From an uncultured delta proteobacterium (lineage in GTDB: Bacteria; Desulfobacterota; BSN033; UBA1163), in the NCBI GenBank assembly GCA_963708295.1, contig CAVPSJ010000011.1:192001-256000 (forward strand): a DNA stretch of 64,000 nucleotides, in the 5' to 3' direction. Below the pieces are notes generated by a model that saw only the letters and a list, made by a program, of their open reading frames with translations, made no database searches and was not told where the DNA came from. The translations under genes were made by a program, and so were the position numbers. Positions 48,527 to 59,500 of the stretch are shown piece by piece (the first letter of the stretch is position 1; every line of letters begins with the position of its first letter).

Positions 48527-51124
48527 TCACGCCAACCGAGTCTGAACTTCTTCCATCTCATAAGACTCGATGACATCTCCCAGTTTAATGTCATTAAAAT
48601 TCTCAATCCCGATACCACACTCGAGCCCTTGATTGCAATCCTTCATGTCATCCTTGAATCGCCTGAGGGAAGTAATCCGGCCGTCGTAGACGACCACATT
48701 GTCTCGCAGCAATCGCGCATGGGATCCTCTGACCACTTTTCCATCGGTCACGAGACTACCCGCCACGGTTCCTATTTTGCGGATGTTAAAAACCTGGATC
48801 ACCTGCGCTCTTCCCAAAAGGTGCTCTTTGTAAGTGGGCTCCAGCAGTCCTTCCATGGCGTTTTTAATGTCCGTCACCGCATCGTAGATGATGGAATACG
48901 TCCGGATATCCACCTGCTCCTCCTCCGCCAAGGACTGAGCTTTCGGACCCGGCCTCACATTAAAGCCGATGATGATCGCGTTGGAAGCCGAAGCCAAATT
49001 CACATCGGTCTCTGTAATCCCGCCGACCGCATCGTGGAGGATGTTGACTTTCACGGCATCCGTAGACAGTTTTTTCAATGCCTCTTTCACGGCCTCAATA
49101 GACCCTTGAACATCCGCTTTAACAATGACATTCAACTCCTTTACTTCCCCTTTTTTGATCTTATCATAAAGCTCTTCTAAGGAAACTTTGCTTAACTTAG
49201 AAAGTTCCTTTTGACGAATTTTTTCTTGTCGGTGGAGGCTGATCTGCTTGGCCATCCTTTCTTCGGAAACGACAATAAAGGCTTCTCCGGCTTCGGGAAT
49301 ATCCGTAAATCCCACCACCTCCACCGGGGTAGAAGGAGAAGCTTCTTCTATCTTCTTCCCTTTATCGTCCAGCATCGCCCTGACCCTGCCGTAGTGGGAG
49401 CCGGCAATAAAGGCATCTCCTGTCTTCAACGTCCCTTCCTGCACCAGCAGGGTCGCCACCGGACCTCTCCCCTTGTGCAGTTTGGATTCAATGATCACCC
49501 CTCGCGCCGGTTTATCCGCGTTTGCCCTTAATTCCAAAACCTCTGCCTGAAGAAGAATGGAATCCAGTAACTCCTTAATTCCCGTCTTCTGCTTGGCAGA
49601 AACCTCGGCAAAGAGGGTCGTTCCTCCCCATTGTTCCGGAACAAGATCATATTCTGAAAGGTCTTTCTTTACCTTCTCCGGGTTTGCCGTCGGCTTATCG
49701 ACTTTATTGATGGCAACCACGATCGGAACCTTTGCCGCTCGGGCATGATCGATCGCCTCTTTCGTCTGCGGCATCATCCCATCATCGGCAGCAACCACCA
49801 AAACGACCACATCCGTCACCTGAGCTCCTCTTGCCCTCATGGCGGTGAAGGCTTCGTGGCCCGGAGTGTCAATAAAGACCACGTGTCCGTTCTCTAATTC
49901 GACATCATAGGCTCCGATGTGCTGAGTGATGCCCCCCGCTTCCCCTTCCACCACGTTCGTTTTTCGAATCGCGTCCAAAAGCATCGTCTTCCCATGATCG
50001 ACATGGCCCATGATGGTGACCACGGGTGGTCTGGGTTTCAACTGTTCGGGAAGATCTTCTTTCCTTTCCAGCAGGTCCTGCCGCTCCAAGGAGACTTTTT
50101 CTATCTCATAGCCAAACTCACCGGCCACCAAAGAGGCGACATCCGCATCGATGAGTTGGTTAATATTCACGAGAACGCCCATTTCCATCAACTTCTTAAT
50201 CAATTCCCCGCCTTTCACCCCCATCCGCTTCGCAAGATCCCCGACGGCGATGACCTCGGCGATTCGAATGATTCTCTTAATGGCTTTGGGAACCGTCACT
50301 TCTGTTTTCCTCGAGGTCTTCAGTACGACCTTTCTCTTCATGGGACGGAAGGTCTTGGGGATGGGTTCGGCTTCCTTGCCTTCGCCCTTCTCTGGCTCAG
50401 TTTCATCCTCCCCTAACATCCGTTCCTCTATCCGCTTTCTCTTTTTTATAAATCCTTTCTTTTTTGCGAGAGGTCCTTGTTTTTCTTTTTCAAGTAATTC
50501 TTCTTTTTCCAGCAGCTTTGCCGGAGGCTTGATCAAAAGGGCGTCCTTCGGCTTCGGTGCTTCAACCTCCTTTTTGACTTCCGCTGGCCCTTTCGCCTCT
50601 TTTAGGCCGACCGGAGGTTGCAGAGCCTCCGCCGGTCCCGCAGGCAGAATTTCTTTTACTTCAGCTTTAGCCCCGACGGAAATCTCAGGCTTTTCAGGCG
50701 CTTCCTTCTTCTTTCCTCTCCCCGCAGGCTGCTCCTCCTTCTTGGGCTCTCCTCTTTCAACCGGCTTTGCAATCTTCAGTTCAGCCTCGGTTCTTTCTTC
50801 GGTTTCTTTCGCTTGTGGAATTTTCCCTTGGGCTATTTCAGGAACAATTTCAGGCTTGACAACGGTCGACTCGGGGGCGGCCTCCACTTTCACTTCCAAA
50901 GTCCTCGCCCTTCTTCGAATCACCGTAGGTTTGACCCGCTTCTCAATGATTTCCTTCTCAGAATTCCTTTCAATGATCTTCTCATCAGATGAGGAGGCCT
51001 TTTTTTCTGGCTCGGGGGCCTTCTTATCCCTCATCTTTACCCCCATCCGTTTCAATTTCTGAAGCAGTTTATCATCCTCCATCCCCACTTCGCGTGCAAG
51101 ATCGAGGACCTTACTTTTTGTCAT
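48527..51124 (-). CDS. infB: Translation initiation factor IF-2
   Basis: [29 protein letters not shown]. Confidence 0.98.
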   Translation of the reverse strand: MTKSKVLDLAREVGMEDDKLLQKLKRMGVKMRDKKAPEPEKKASSSDEKIIERNSEKEIIEKRVKPTVIRRRARTLEVKVEAAPESTVVKPEIVPEIAQGKIPQAKETEERTEAELKIAKPVERGEPKKEEQPAGRGKKKEAPEKPEISVGAKAEVKEILPAGPAEALQPPVGLKEAKGPAEVKKEVEAPKPKDALLIKPPAKLLEKEELLEKEKQGPLAKKKGFIKKRKRIEERMLGEDETEPEKGEGKEAEPIPKTFRPMKRKVVLKTSRKTEVTVPKAIKRIIRIAEVIAVGDLAKRMGVKGGELIKKLMEMGVLVNINQLIDADVASLVAGEFGYEIEKVSLERQDLLERKEDLPEQLKPRPPVVTIMGHVDHGKTMLLDAIRKTNVVEGEAGGITQHIGAYDVELENGHVVFIDTPGHEAFTAMRARGAQVTDVVVLVVAADDGMMPQTKEAIDHARAAKVPIVVAINKVDKPTANPEKVKKDLSEYDLVPEQWGGTTLFAEVSAKQKTGIKELLDSILLQAEVLELRANADKPARGVIIESKLHKGRGPVATLLVQEGTLKTGDAFIAGSHYGRVRAMLDDKGKKIEEASPSTPVEVVGFTDIPEAGEAFIVVSEERMAKQISLHRQEKIRQKELSKLSKVSLEELYDKIKKGEVKELNVIVKADVQGSIEAVKEALKKLSTDAVKVNILHDAVGGITETDVNLASASNAIIIGFNVRPGPKAQSLAEEEQVDIRTYSIIYDAVTDIKNAMEGLLEPTYKEHLLGRAQVIQVFNIRKIGTVAGSLVTDGKVVRGSHARLLRDNVVVYDGRITSLRRFKDDMKDCNQGLECGIGIENFNDIKLGDVIESYEMEEVQTRLA

Positions 51125-51408
51125 CCCCTACCTCCCGTATCCCAAACCTTTACTCCCTCCTCAAAATCTCTTGCCGACGGAAATCGGAAATCCGCCACAT
51201 CCAAGCCCCTCGTTCCTTTTCTTCTTTTCTTTGCTAAGTCTAAACAGCGGTCTGAACAGAGGTAAAACCCGCGCCCCTGATGAGGCTCCTTCCCGTTCAC
51301 CACCACCACTCCGGACGCACCTCGGGTCAACCAGATCATTTCCTCTTTCTTCTTTTTCTCCCGACATCCAATACAAGTACGAATGGGAACATGGCCTTTA
51401 TTGCTCAT
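51121..51408 (-). CDS. ylxR: YlxR (DUF448) RNA-binding protein
   Basis: [16 protein letters not shown]; between nusA and infB. Confidence 0.88.
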   Translation of the reverse strand: MSNKGHVPIRTCIGCREKKKKEEMIWLTRGASGVVVVNGKEPHQGRGFYLCSDRCLDLAKKRRKGTRGLDVADFRFPSARDFEEGVKVWDTGGRG

Positions 51409-52883
51409 GCCTTCTTCCCCTCGACATAGTGTTTTGCAGACTCGATCAATTTTTCGGCCTTCTTGGTTCCGATTCCTGGAAGGTTGGAAAGTTTCTCCAC
51501 ATTCGACTCCAGAATATCGTGAACAGTCTTAAACCCGCCCTCTTCCAGTAATTGGGCCGTCTTTTCTCCTACTCCCTCCATCTGCCCCACCGGATCAGAG
51601 GCAGGATCCACAGCCATGGGGGCAGTTTCTGGGCCCGCCTTCGCCTCCTCTTCTTTCTGAGACAACCGCACCGCCTCTGCGACGATCTCCCTGGCCTTTT
51701 CTTTTTCAAGCCCCAAAACCCTTGCCAACTCTTCGGGATCAACCTCGGCCACTTCCTTCATCGACCGAAAGCCTTCGTTGTAAAGGATGCGGCTCGCCAC
51801 GTCTCCGATGTCAGTAAGCCCCTTAAACTTTTCCAGAATTTCGCTTGAGATTTTCTCCATCCTGGATTCGCTCTTAATGTCGATCTTCCAACCTGTCAAT
51901 TTTGAAGCCAAGCGTACATTCTGGCCCTTCTTCCCGATCGCAAGAGAAAGTTGGTCATCTGCCACGACCACTTCCATATGACGATTTTCCTCATCGATAT
52001 AAACCCTGGAAATCTTGGCAGGGGCCAAAGCATTACATACGTACTTGGCCTGATCTTGAACCCAGGGAATGATGTCGATCCGTTCCCCTCGAAGTTCCTG
52101 GACCACGTTCTGAACCCGGGAGCCTTTCATGCCTACACAGGCTCCCACCGGGTCCACATCTCGGTTTGAGCTGTAAACGGAGATTTTAGCCCTTTCCCCC
52201 GGTTCCCGGGCGGCACTGATAATTTTGATCATCCCCTCGGAGATCTCGGGCACTTCCATCTCAAACAACTTGACCACGAATCCTGGATGAGTCCTCGAAA
52301 GAAACATTTGGGGTCCTTTTGAGTTTTTCTGAACGTCGAGGATGTAGGCCCGAAGTCGCTCCCCTTGCCGATAGCTCTCCCCCGGAATTTGCTCCTTTGA
52401 TAAAAGAACCGCTTCTGCGCGTCCGATGCTGATATAGAGGTTTCCTTTCTCCATCCTCTGAACGCTCCCGCTTACCAGATCCCCTTTCCGATCCTTGAAC
52501 TCATTGAAAACATTCTCCCGCTCAGCGTCTCGCACTTTCTGGATGATCACCTGTTTCGCTGTCTGGGCTCCGATCCGGCCGAAGTCCGTGTTGAGTTTCA
52601 CTCCCAGACTATCTCCGATCTGAGCTTCGCTGTCCAATTCCCTTGCTTCTTTCAGGGAGATTTCCTCCGATGGATTCGTTACTTCCTCCACCACTTGCTT
52701 GAACTGAAATAGCTCCACTTCACCTACTTCCTCGTTAAAGTGGACTTCTATTTCCCCTTGGTGTCCATATTTTTTTCTTGAAGCAGTCAGCACCGCTTGT
52801 TCCAGCGCTTCGATGATCACTTTCCGATCAATCCCTTTATCCTTTCCCACTTGATCAATCACGTAACTGAGATTGGATGGCAT
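51405..52883 (-). CDS. nusA: Transcription factor NusA
   Basis: FGRIGAQTAKQVI, DPVGACVGMKGSRV, AIGKKGQNVRLA; C-terminal HhH repeats. Confidence 0.97.
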   Translation of the reverse strand: MPSNLSYVIDQVGKDKGIDRKVIIEALEQAVLTASRKKYGHQGEIEVHFNEEVGEVELFQFKQVVEEVTNPSEEISLKEARELDSEAQIGDSLGVKLNTDFGRIGAQTAKQVIIQKVRDAERENVFNEFKDRKGDLVSGSVQRMEKGNLYISIGRAEAVLLSKEQIPGESYRQGERLRAYILDVQKNSKGPQMFLSRTHPGFVVKLFEMEVPEISEGMIKIISAAREPGERAKISVYSSNRDVDPVGACVGMKGSRVQNVVQELRGERIDIIPWVQDQAKYVCNALAPAKISRVYIDEENRHMEVVVADDQLSLAIGKKGQNVRLASKLTGWKIDIKSESRMEKISSEILEKFKGLTDIGDVASRILYNEGFRSMKEVAEVDPEELARVLGLEKEKAREIVAEAVRLSQKEEEAKAGPETAPMAVDPASDPVGQMEGVGEKTAQLLEEGGFKTVHDILESNVEKLSNLPGIGTKKAEKLIESAKHYVEGKKA

Positions 52884-52954
52884 AACACATCTCTCCCTTT
52901 CTAAAAGCTCCCCGTCTAGCGCCAAGGCGTCGCGAGGTCATAGAAAACGGTATC

Positions 52955-53446
52955 TCACCTCGTACGGTGTTCCTTGCGGAACACGTCTTGGTCAACCTCC
53001 AGATTTGCTTTTGCCACATTGGAGAGGGGGATCTGGAAGATCCTTCCTTCCGCCTGTATCTCCACGCCGTTCTCGGATACCCCCAGGAGTGTTCCTTTGA
53101 ACTGCCGGCGATTCTCGATAGGATCGACGGTTTTGACTTTGACCAAACGATGAAGATACTTCATAAAATCCTTTTCGGTTTTCAGCGGACGGGTAAGACC
53201 GGGGGAAGAAACTTCTAGCGCGTACGAGGTTGGTATGATATCCTCCACATCTAAGCTCCTTCCGGCTTCCTGGCTGACCCGGGTGCAATCGTCAAGAGTC
53301 ACCCCTCCCTCTTTATCCAGAATCACGCGAAGAACCCATCCTCCAGATTCTCTTCGATACTCAATATCTACGACTTCCATTCCTTCGTTTAAGACGATAG
53401 GAAGAATGATTGCGCGGACCCGGTCTACAATCTCTCTCTCCATCAT
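52955..53446 (-). CDS. rimP: Ribosome maturation factor RimP
   Basis: GVTLDDC..VS, YALEVSSPGLTRPL. Confidence 0.96.
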   Translation of the reverse strand: MMEREIVDRVRAIILPIVLNEGMEVVDIEYRRESGGWVLRVILDKEGGVTLDDCTRVSQEAGRSLDVEDIIPTSYALEVSSPGLTRPLKTEKDFMKYLHRLVKVKTVDPIENRRQFKGTLLGVSENGVEIQAEGRIFQIPLSNVAKANLEVDQDVFRKEHRTR

Positions 53447-53469
53447 TTCTTTCGCCGAGCGGCTCTTCT

Positions 53470-53501
53470 AAAAAAAAAGCGGGCAAACAGCCCGCTTTTT
53501 C
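53470..53501 (-). terminator. rimP-leader terminator/attenuator hairpin
   Basis: AAAAAGCGGGC-TGTTT-GCCCGC-TTTTTTTT just upstream of rimP, with the GGGC stem motif. Confidence 0.75.
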
Positions 53502-53624
53502 AGCAGACCAACTAATTACACAAAAATATACTACAATTCGCGCGGGGATGCAAGAAAAAAGTTTATCCGACCGGTGTAAACTGCCTTGATCATTGCCGAG
53601 AATTCCGCGGATTTCATCCGGAGG

Positions 53625-53960
53625 CTAGTTCTCCTTCTTGAGAGAATTGGATTCTCCATGATCGGAACCTCGCAAAGATTGGATTTCTTTCTCCAGGCGT
53701 TCAATCGTTCTTTGTTTTTGGCGAAGACTTTTCCCCAACTGGAAACGCCTATAAAGATCACCTACACCCCCCATCAAAACTCCCAAAACGACAGAGCAGA
53801 GGATGACTAAAAAGAGAGGGACTCTTGGAATCTCAAAAAACTGATACTCATTCAACGGGGAGAGACCAAACCGGATGGAAACCTGCTCCGTGTTTTGTAA
53901 GAAAAAAAAGATGCAAACGGCAAGGATCACTACCATGAAAATAATTTTGACCCATCCCAC
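53625..53960 (-). CDS. LapA-family (DUF1049) membrane protein
   Basis: FFLQNTEQV, second TM helix, C-terminal coiled coil. Confidence 0.8.
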   Translation of the reverse strand: MGWVKIIFMVVILAVCIFFFLQNTEQVSIRFGLSPLNEYQFFEIPRVPLFLVILCSVVLGVLMGGVGDLYRRFQLGKSLRQKQRTIERLEKEIQSLRGSDHGESNSLKKEN

Positions 53961-53964
53961 TCTC

Positions 53965-54474
53965 TCATCCTCCTTTCTGGACGCCTTTTTTTCGCAAGAG
54001 ATCCCCAAAAGCGGAGCGAAGCTTCTCGTAAGTTTCTTCTAGATATTCAGAAATAACTCTTGTTTCTCCGAGGACGGGCATAAAATTGGTGTCTCCCGCC
54101 CATCTCGGGACAATATGAAGATGAAGGTGGTCTTCTCCGGCACCCCCCATTTTTCCAATATTCATCCCAATATTGAATCCATGGGGACGGAGGCTTGCTT
54201 TCAGTGCGCGCACGGAAACCTTCAGTAACTCAAAAAGCTCCTTTGATTCTTCAGGATTCAATTGCTCCAGGTTAAGGCAATGGCGATTGGGGACGACCAT
54301 GAGATGCCCGTTGGTATACGGAAATTTATTCATGATCACAAATACATGTTGCCCCTGATAGAGAATGAGGCGTTCTTGGTTCTTTTTCTCTTTAAGTTTT
54401 TTGCAAAGGAAACACCCTCGCTTTTTTTTCCCTAAAATGTACTCCATTCTCCATGGAGCCCAAAGATAGTCCAT
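53965..54474 (-). CDS. HIT-family hydrolase (Ap4A phosphorylase-like)
   Basis: LWAPWRMEYI, NKFPYTNGHLMV.P, HLHLHIVPRW.GD.NF. Confidence 0.93.
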   Translation of the reverse strand: MDYLWAPWRMEYILGKKKRGCFLCKKLKEKKNQERLILYQGQHVFVIMNKFPYTNGHLMVVPNRHCLNLEQLNPEESKELFELLKVSVRALKASLRPHGFNIGMNIGKMGGAGEDHLHLHIVPRWAGDTNFMPVLGETRVISEYLEETYEKLRSAFGDLLRKKGVQKGG

Positions 54475-54638
54475 GTCTTTTCATCCCTTCGCGCAATGAG
54501 ATCCACATTCCATTTTCTGCAAAGCATCTTGATGAGATCATGGCCTGACCTCTTTTCAACTTCCGTCGCTCGTTTCTGATGCCTCTTTTCGACAAGGCTC
54601 AGGCGCATTTGAGGCGTATCGATGCTCTCGCTGAAAAA

Positions 54639-55163
54639 TTAAGAAGCCAGTTCCAGGTTGAGGTAAAGATAGTCTTTCCAGGGATCAGGGGTCTCTTTGA
54701 TTCCAAGACTCATCGGCAGGAGGGGTATCCAGATAGGTGCCCTGGGCTTTCGGATCAGCGACATCCCTGCTTCCTCGGGTGTTCTCCCGCCCTTTTTGAG
54801 ATTACAGGTCGTGCAACAGGTCACCACATTTGTCCATTCTGTCTGTCCGCCTTTAGACCGTGGGATGACATGGTCGTACGTCAATTCTTTGTGTTCAAAC
54901 GGCGTGCCGCAGTACTGGCATTTTCCCCGGTCCCGGACATAAAGATTCTGTCGTGAAAACTTAACGATGGGGGTTCTTCTCCTGATCAAACGATTTAATC
55001 GAATCACAGCAGGAAGCCTCAACGAGAAGCGGACGCCTCGAATCATACGGTCGTACTCTTCGATCACTTCCACTTTTTCCAGCGTCATCATGACGACGGC
55101 CTTTTTCCAGGTTACCACTTTGAGTGGTTCAAAAGTGGAGTTGAGCAGTAGTGTCCATTCCAT
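54639..55163 (-). CDS. Stand-alone HNH endonuclease (McrA-like)
   Basis: LLLNSTFEPL, RD..KCQYCG, TYDHVIPRSKGG...W.NVVTCC..CN.KKG. Confidence 0.92.
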   Translation of the reverse strand: MEWTLLLNSTFEPLKVVTWKKAVVMMTLEKVEVIEEYDRMIRGVRFSLRLPAVIRLNRLIRRRTPIVKFSRQNLYVRDRGKCQYCGTPFEHKELTYDHVIPRSKGGQTEWTNVVTCCTTCNLKKGGRTPEEAGMSLIRKPRAPIWIPLLPMSLGIKETPDPWKDYLYLNLELAS

Positions 55164-55204
55164 GGTTTAATGATCACCCGGAATATTCCCTTGAAGTTTG
55201 AGTA

Positions 55205-55233
55205 CATATATCGACTTTTGAATCAATTGTCAA
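55205..55233 (-). promoter_or_regulatory. Possible sigma70 promoter of the HNH gene
   Basis: TTGACA-17 nt-TATATG on the minus strand. Confidence 0.5.
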
Positions 55234-55279
55234 GTTTTTTGAGGAGCGTTTGCCTAGTTCTTCGTCACCCGTGATCCCG

Positions 55280-55570
55280 GGAAGGAACCCCAGCCCCTTG
55301 CCAAACCTTAATCCTTAATCCTTGATACCGACGAGGTTCCCCTGCAACATTTGGCCATGGCCGCGTCCAAAGAATTCGGGACGGAACGTGCCCCACCCCG
55401 CCAAAGACGGAGAGGCGGGACCAGGGGGCACAATTGGATGAGAATACATTGCCCCTGCAGCAGGAGCGCCACCCCTAAAGGGGCAAGCTTCAAACTCGCT
55501 CCCTCTGGGTTGGCAACGACTCTGTCCCCGGAAGAAAAAACCGGACCAGGACAGGTTTGGAGGAGCGAGA
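55280..55570 (-). ncRNA. Candidate structured non-coding RNA (five consecutive hairpins)
   Basis: Hand-folded stems; the G-U pairs that extend them work on the minus strand. No recognised family. Confidence 0.45.
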
Positions 55571-55633
55571 ATTAGAGTTACATTCAAATCATTTCGTGAT
55601 AACCTTACATTAAGATACTTCGATCGGAGCAGA

Positions 55634-55729
55634 CCCCGTTAGAAAGTCTTCTGCTTTCTAATGGGAAGGCTCTCACAGGGCACTAAACCTCGCTTGCTGA
55701 AAAAGGAATGCTTTTCCTTTCTAACGGGG
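55634..55729. repeat. 96-bp element with 13-bp inverted ends
   Basis: ccccgttagaaag ... ctttctaacgggg, with an internal third copy ctttctaatggg. Confidence 0.7.
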
Positions 55730-55737
55730 CAGAGATA

Positions 55738-56493
55738 TTGGAGGAGCTCATCGTTATCGGTTCCGGAACAGGCGTCCCCACTTTAAGAAGAGGGGCTCCC
55801 GGCGTTATCGTTTTCTCGGACAGTACCCGTTTCTTGATCGACAGTGGTTCTGGAACATTGAGGAGGATGTTAGAGGTTGGAGTGACTTGTCGAGATCCCG
55901 ACCTTCTCCTCTATACCCACATTCACCCGGACCATGTTTCTGACCTGGTTCCCATTATTTTTGCCACGAAGTACGCAGATCAGCCTCGGGAAAAAGAGTT
56001 AGTGTGCGTGGGAGGACCCGGTTTTGAGTCTTATTTTGAAAAATTGAAGAATCTTTATGGCTCCTGGATTGAGCCCCGATCTTACCCATTGACCATCAAA
56101 GAGATTTCTCAAGAAACACTCGTCTACCGTGACCTGAAAATCTTGTCAAGCCCTATGGCTCATATTCCCGAGAGCATTGGGTATCGAATCGAGTTTAAGG
56201 GTGGCAAGACCATGGCCATCTCCGGGGACACGGATTATTGCCAAAATATAATCGATCTAGCCTTTGAAGTAGACCTGCTGGTTCTCGAGTGCTCCTTCCC
56301 GGAGGGCAAAAAAGTAGAAGGCCACCTTACCCCTTCGCTTGCCGGGAGAATTGGACTCGAATCGCGATGCAAAAAGCTGCTGCTCACCCATTTCTACCCG
56401 GTGTGTGATCAATTCGATCTCTTGAATCCATGTCGGCAGGTCTACCCGGGTCCGATCATTCTGGGGGAGGACTTGATGAGGATTAAAATTTGA
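55738..56493 (+). CDS. MBL-fold metallohydrolase (RNase Z/BN-like)
   Basis: GSGTGVP, THIHPDHVSD, SGDT, LECS, HL, LTHFYP. Confidence 0.88.
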   Translation: MEELIVIGSGTGVPTLRRGAPGVIVFSDSTRFLIDSGSGTLRRMLEVGVTCRDPDLLLYTHIHPDHVSDLVPIIFATKYADQPREKELVCVGGPGFESYFEKLKNLYGSWIEPRSYPLTIKEISQETLVYRDLKILSSPMAHIPESIGYRIEFKGGKTMAISGDTDYCQNIIDLAFEVDLLVLECSFPEGKKVEGHLTPSLAGRIGLESRCKKLLLTHFYPVCDQFDLLNPCRQVYPGPIILGEDLMRIKI

Positions 56494-56537
56494 CAATCAC
56501 CCTCTTTTAGGATAATTTGTCTCCAGGAGGTAAATCC

Positions 56538-57836
56538 TTGAAAAGATATAAAGGTTTAATATTGCTCTCGCTGTTTTCCCTGGTTGTTTTTGCCTCACCG
56601 ACGATAAGCCAGGAAAAGGCGCCCGTCTTTACGATTGAAATAGATGCCATCATCAACCCCGCCATCGCCAAATTCATCGTCGATTCCATTGATCAGGCGA
56701 CTCAGCAAGGCGCCCAATGTCTGATCATTCAGCTCGATACCCCCGGAGGGCTGATGGAGTCGATGAGGATCATCGTAAAAAAAGAGCTCTCCTCCACTAT
56801 CCCGATCATCGTCTATGTGGCCCCGGGTGGGGCAAGGGCGGCTTCTGCCGGTGTTTTCATCACCATGGCGGCGAATATCGCCGTCATGGCTCCCGGAACT
56901 CATATCGGAGCAGCTCATCCGGTCAACTTGGGCGGGGGTGAAGCGAAAGAAAGCAAAACGATGACAGAAAAGATCGTCAACGATACGGTTGCTTTTGTCA
57001 AGAACATCGCCAAGACTCGAGGGAGAAATGCGGATTGGGCTGAAAAAGCAGTAGTCAAAAGTGTTTCCATCACTGACGAAGAAGCGGTTAAACTCAATGT
57101 CGTTGATTTTATTAGCCCAGATATTACAAGCCTTCTCACCCAGATTGACGGGAAGGTTGTAAAATTCAACGGAGTCACCCGGACCCTTCAGACGAAAGGA
57201 GTTCATCCCCAGCCCATTGAGATGAGCTGGCGAGAAAAGCTCCTCGATATCATCTCTAATCCGACCATTGCTTATATTCTCCTCATGCTGGGAATTTATG
57301 GTATCTATTTTGAGCTCTCAAGTCCTGGTGCCATTCTCCCCGGGGTGGTCGGTGGAATCTTTCTTATACTCGCCTTTTATGCGTTACACATGCTTCCGGT
57401 CAATTATGCAGGCTTAGCATTGATCTTCTTCGGCATACTCCTGTTTATTGCGGAGATCAAGGTGGTCAGCCATGGGTTGTTAGCCGTCGGTGGCGTCATC
57501 TCCCTTTTCTTAGGTTCCATGATGTTATTTCGAAGTTCGGCTGAATACTTGAGGGTTTCGATGAGTGTCATTATCCCCGCAGTCCTGGTGAGTGCAGCAT
57601 TCTTTATTTTTGCAGTGACGAGAGCCATCAATGCACGCTTGAAAAAACCAACCACAGGCATGGAAGGCCTCATCGGAGAAGTAGGAATCGTTTCCACACC
57701 GATTACCCCTGAAGGAAAAGTATCTCTTCACGGAGAATTCTGGAACGCGACGAGCGACCAGGAGTTGAACGAAGGAGAGAAGGTTCAAGTCATCGGAATA
57801 GTCAATTTGAAGCTAAAGGTCAAAAAAATTCAGTAA
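56538..57836 (+). CDS. nfeD: NfeD long-form membrane serine protease
   Basis: LDTPGG, ARAASAG, IGAAHPV, TM block, OB fold with GEFWNA. Confidence 0.93.
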   Translation: MKRYKGLILLSLFSLVVFASPTISQEKAPVFTIEIDAIINPAIAKFIVDSIDQATQQGAQCLIIQLDTPGGLMESMRIIVKKELSSTIPIIVYVAPGGARAASAGVFITMAANIAVMAPGTHIGAAHPVNLGGGEAKESKTMTEKIVNDTVAFVKNIAKTRGRNADWAEKAVVKSVSITDEEAVKLNVVDFISPDITSLLTQIDGKVVKFNGVTRTLQTKGVHPQPIEMSWREKLLDIISNPTIAYILLMLGIYGIYFELSSPGAILPGVVGGIFLILAFYALHMLPVNYAGLALIFFGILLFIAEIKVVSHGLLAVGGVISLFLGSMMLFRSSAEYLRVSMSVIIPAVLVSAAFFIFAVTRAINARLKKPTTGMEGLIGEVGIVSTPITPEGKVSLHGEFWNATSDQELNEGEKVQVIGIVNLKLKVKKIQ

Positions 57837-57848
57837 GGAGGGAATAAA

Positions 57849-58604
57849 ATGGGTATGACGGGTCTTCCATCAGGTTTCTTTTTTCTCATTGTCTTTATAG
57901 TGATCGTCGCTGCCTCCGCAATCAAAATCCTTAGGGAATACGAACGGGGGGTTATCTTCCGACTGGGAAGGCTGATCGGCGCCAAAGGGCCGGGTATCAT
58001 TTTTATCATCCCGGGAATTGACAAACTAATGAGGATCAGCCTGAGATTGGTCACGCTGGACATCCCGCCCCAGGATGTCATCACCCGTGACAATATTTCC
58101 ATCAAGGTCAACGCCGTTGTCTATTTTCGCGTCATGGATCCAAATAAGGCGGTCGTCGAAGTGGAGAATTATCTTTATGCCACCTCCCAATTGGCTCAAA
58201 CCACACTTCGAAGCGTCGTGGGGCAGGCGGATTTAGATGAATTGCTCTCCCAGAGAGACAAAATCAACTTGAAACTCCAAGATATCTTAGATAAGCACAC
58301 AGAACCATGGGGAATCAAGGTCTCTCTGGTGGAAACCAAACAGGTAGATCTGCCGGAGAATATGCAGCGGGCCATTGCCCGCCAGGCAGAGGCGGAAAGG
58401 GAGAAGAGAGCCAAAATCATCCATGCCGAGGGAGAATTCCAAGCTGCAGAAAAATTAACTCAGGCTGCCAATGTAATCAGTGTCAATCCCACAGCCCTCC
58501 AGCTAAGGTTCCTTCAGACCTTGGCGGAGATTGCCACGGAGAAGAACTCAACCACCATCTTCCCTGTGCCCATTGACATCATTAGTCCCTTTTTGAAAAA
58601 GTAG
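57849..58604 (+). CDS. Stomatin/SPFH (slipin) protein
   Basis: [32 protein letters not shown]; canonical partner of nfeD. Confidence 0.95.
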   Translation: MGMTGLPSGFFFLIVFIVIVAASAIKILREYERGVIFRLGRLIGAKGPGIIFIIPGIDKLMRISLRLVTLDIPPQDVITRDNISIKVNAVVYFRVMDPNKAVVEVENYLYATSQLAQTTLRSVVGQADLDELLSQRDKINLKLQDILDKHTEPWGIKVSLVETKQVDLPENMQRAIARQAEAEREKRAKIIHAEGEFQAAEKLTQAANVISVNPTALQLRFLQTLAEIATEKNSTTIFPVPIDIISPFLKK

Positions 58605-58666
58605 TATGAACCATCTCGACCGTTTCCTTTCAAACCCCTCCTCCAGGACGACCTGGAGAAGGGGTT

Positions 58667-59404
58667 TCATTTCGTTTTTTTGCCTGCTCTCAGAGAGTGA
58701 TCCATTTGACTCCAGATGCCATGCAGAATTTGAGCTTCTCTCTCATCCATTTGGCTTCTTCCAAACAGCCTCCTCAAGACCCGCATGATTCGTTTGGAAT
58801 TATTCGAATCCAGGAACCCGATGCGAAGAAGCGTTTTTTCCATGTGTTCGAGCATCCTCTCCTGCTGCTCGGTCCGGGCCAAGCGAACCTCCCTTTTCGG
58901 AATCTCAGCCGAAGCTTTGAATAACTCATAAGAAACCACCATCACCGCTTGTGCAAGATTAAGAGAGGGAAAGGATTCCATGGACGGAATCCTGCTATAG
59001 AGATGACAGAGAGACAATTCCTCATTAGTCAATCCCTCTTTTTCCGATCCAAAGGCTAAGCCGATCAGATTCTTTTGAGAGATGGGAATGAGCTTTTTTG
59101 TCAAGGCTTCGAGTGCCAGATCCGGATTCCTCTCTTTTCCTCTGCGGGAAGTCATTCCGACCACACAGCCCATTTCCGAGATCGCCTCCCGGAGTGTCAT
59201 AAACTCCTCTGCTCTTTCCAGAACATCTTCCGCTCCCGAGGCTAGTTTATAAGCGTTGGCGAGGAGGGGGGAGCATCCGTTGACAACGGCCAACCGGCTT
59301 AACCCCATATTTTTCATCGCCCTGGCTACCGAACCAATGTTCTCAGGGAATCTGGGCCTGACCAAAATAATCCAGATGGAATCGAGACGCATTTTTCTTC
59401 TCAT
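58667..59404 (-). CDS. trmJ: TrmJ/LasT-family SPOUT RNA methyltransferase
   Basis: PENIGSVARAMKNMG, FGSEKEGLTNEEL, SLNLAQAV. Confidence 0.88.
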   Translation of the reverse strand: MRRKMRLDSIWIILVRPRFPENIGSVARAMKNMGLSRLAVVNGCSPLLANAYKLASGAEDVLERAEEFMTLREAISEMGCVVGMTSRRGKERNPDLALEALTKKLIPISQKNLIGLAFGSEKEGLTNEELSLCHLYSRIPSMESFPSLNLAQAVMVVSYELFKASAEIPKREVRLARTEQQERMLEHMEKTLLRIGFLDSNNSKRIMRVLRRLFGRSQMDEREAQILHGIWSQMDHSLRAGKKTK

Positions 59405-59500
59405 GGGCACTATTATAGCGACCAAAAATAGCCTTGACTATCAATTTTTTTTATCTTAATTAGACTGCATCTATTTTCGGGAATAAAGAGGAAACAATTG

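Noticed and set aside
39337-51062. Long plus-strand ORFs (e.g. 39337-40275, 48494-49180, 50151-51062)
   Set aside because: They are antisense shadows of well-supported minus-strand genes and show no motifs.
54639-55570. IscB/HEARO (OMEGA) system
   Set aside because: The protein is only 174 aa, with no PLMP motif, split RuvC or bridge helix.
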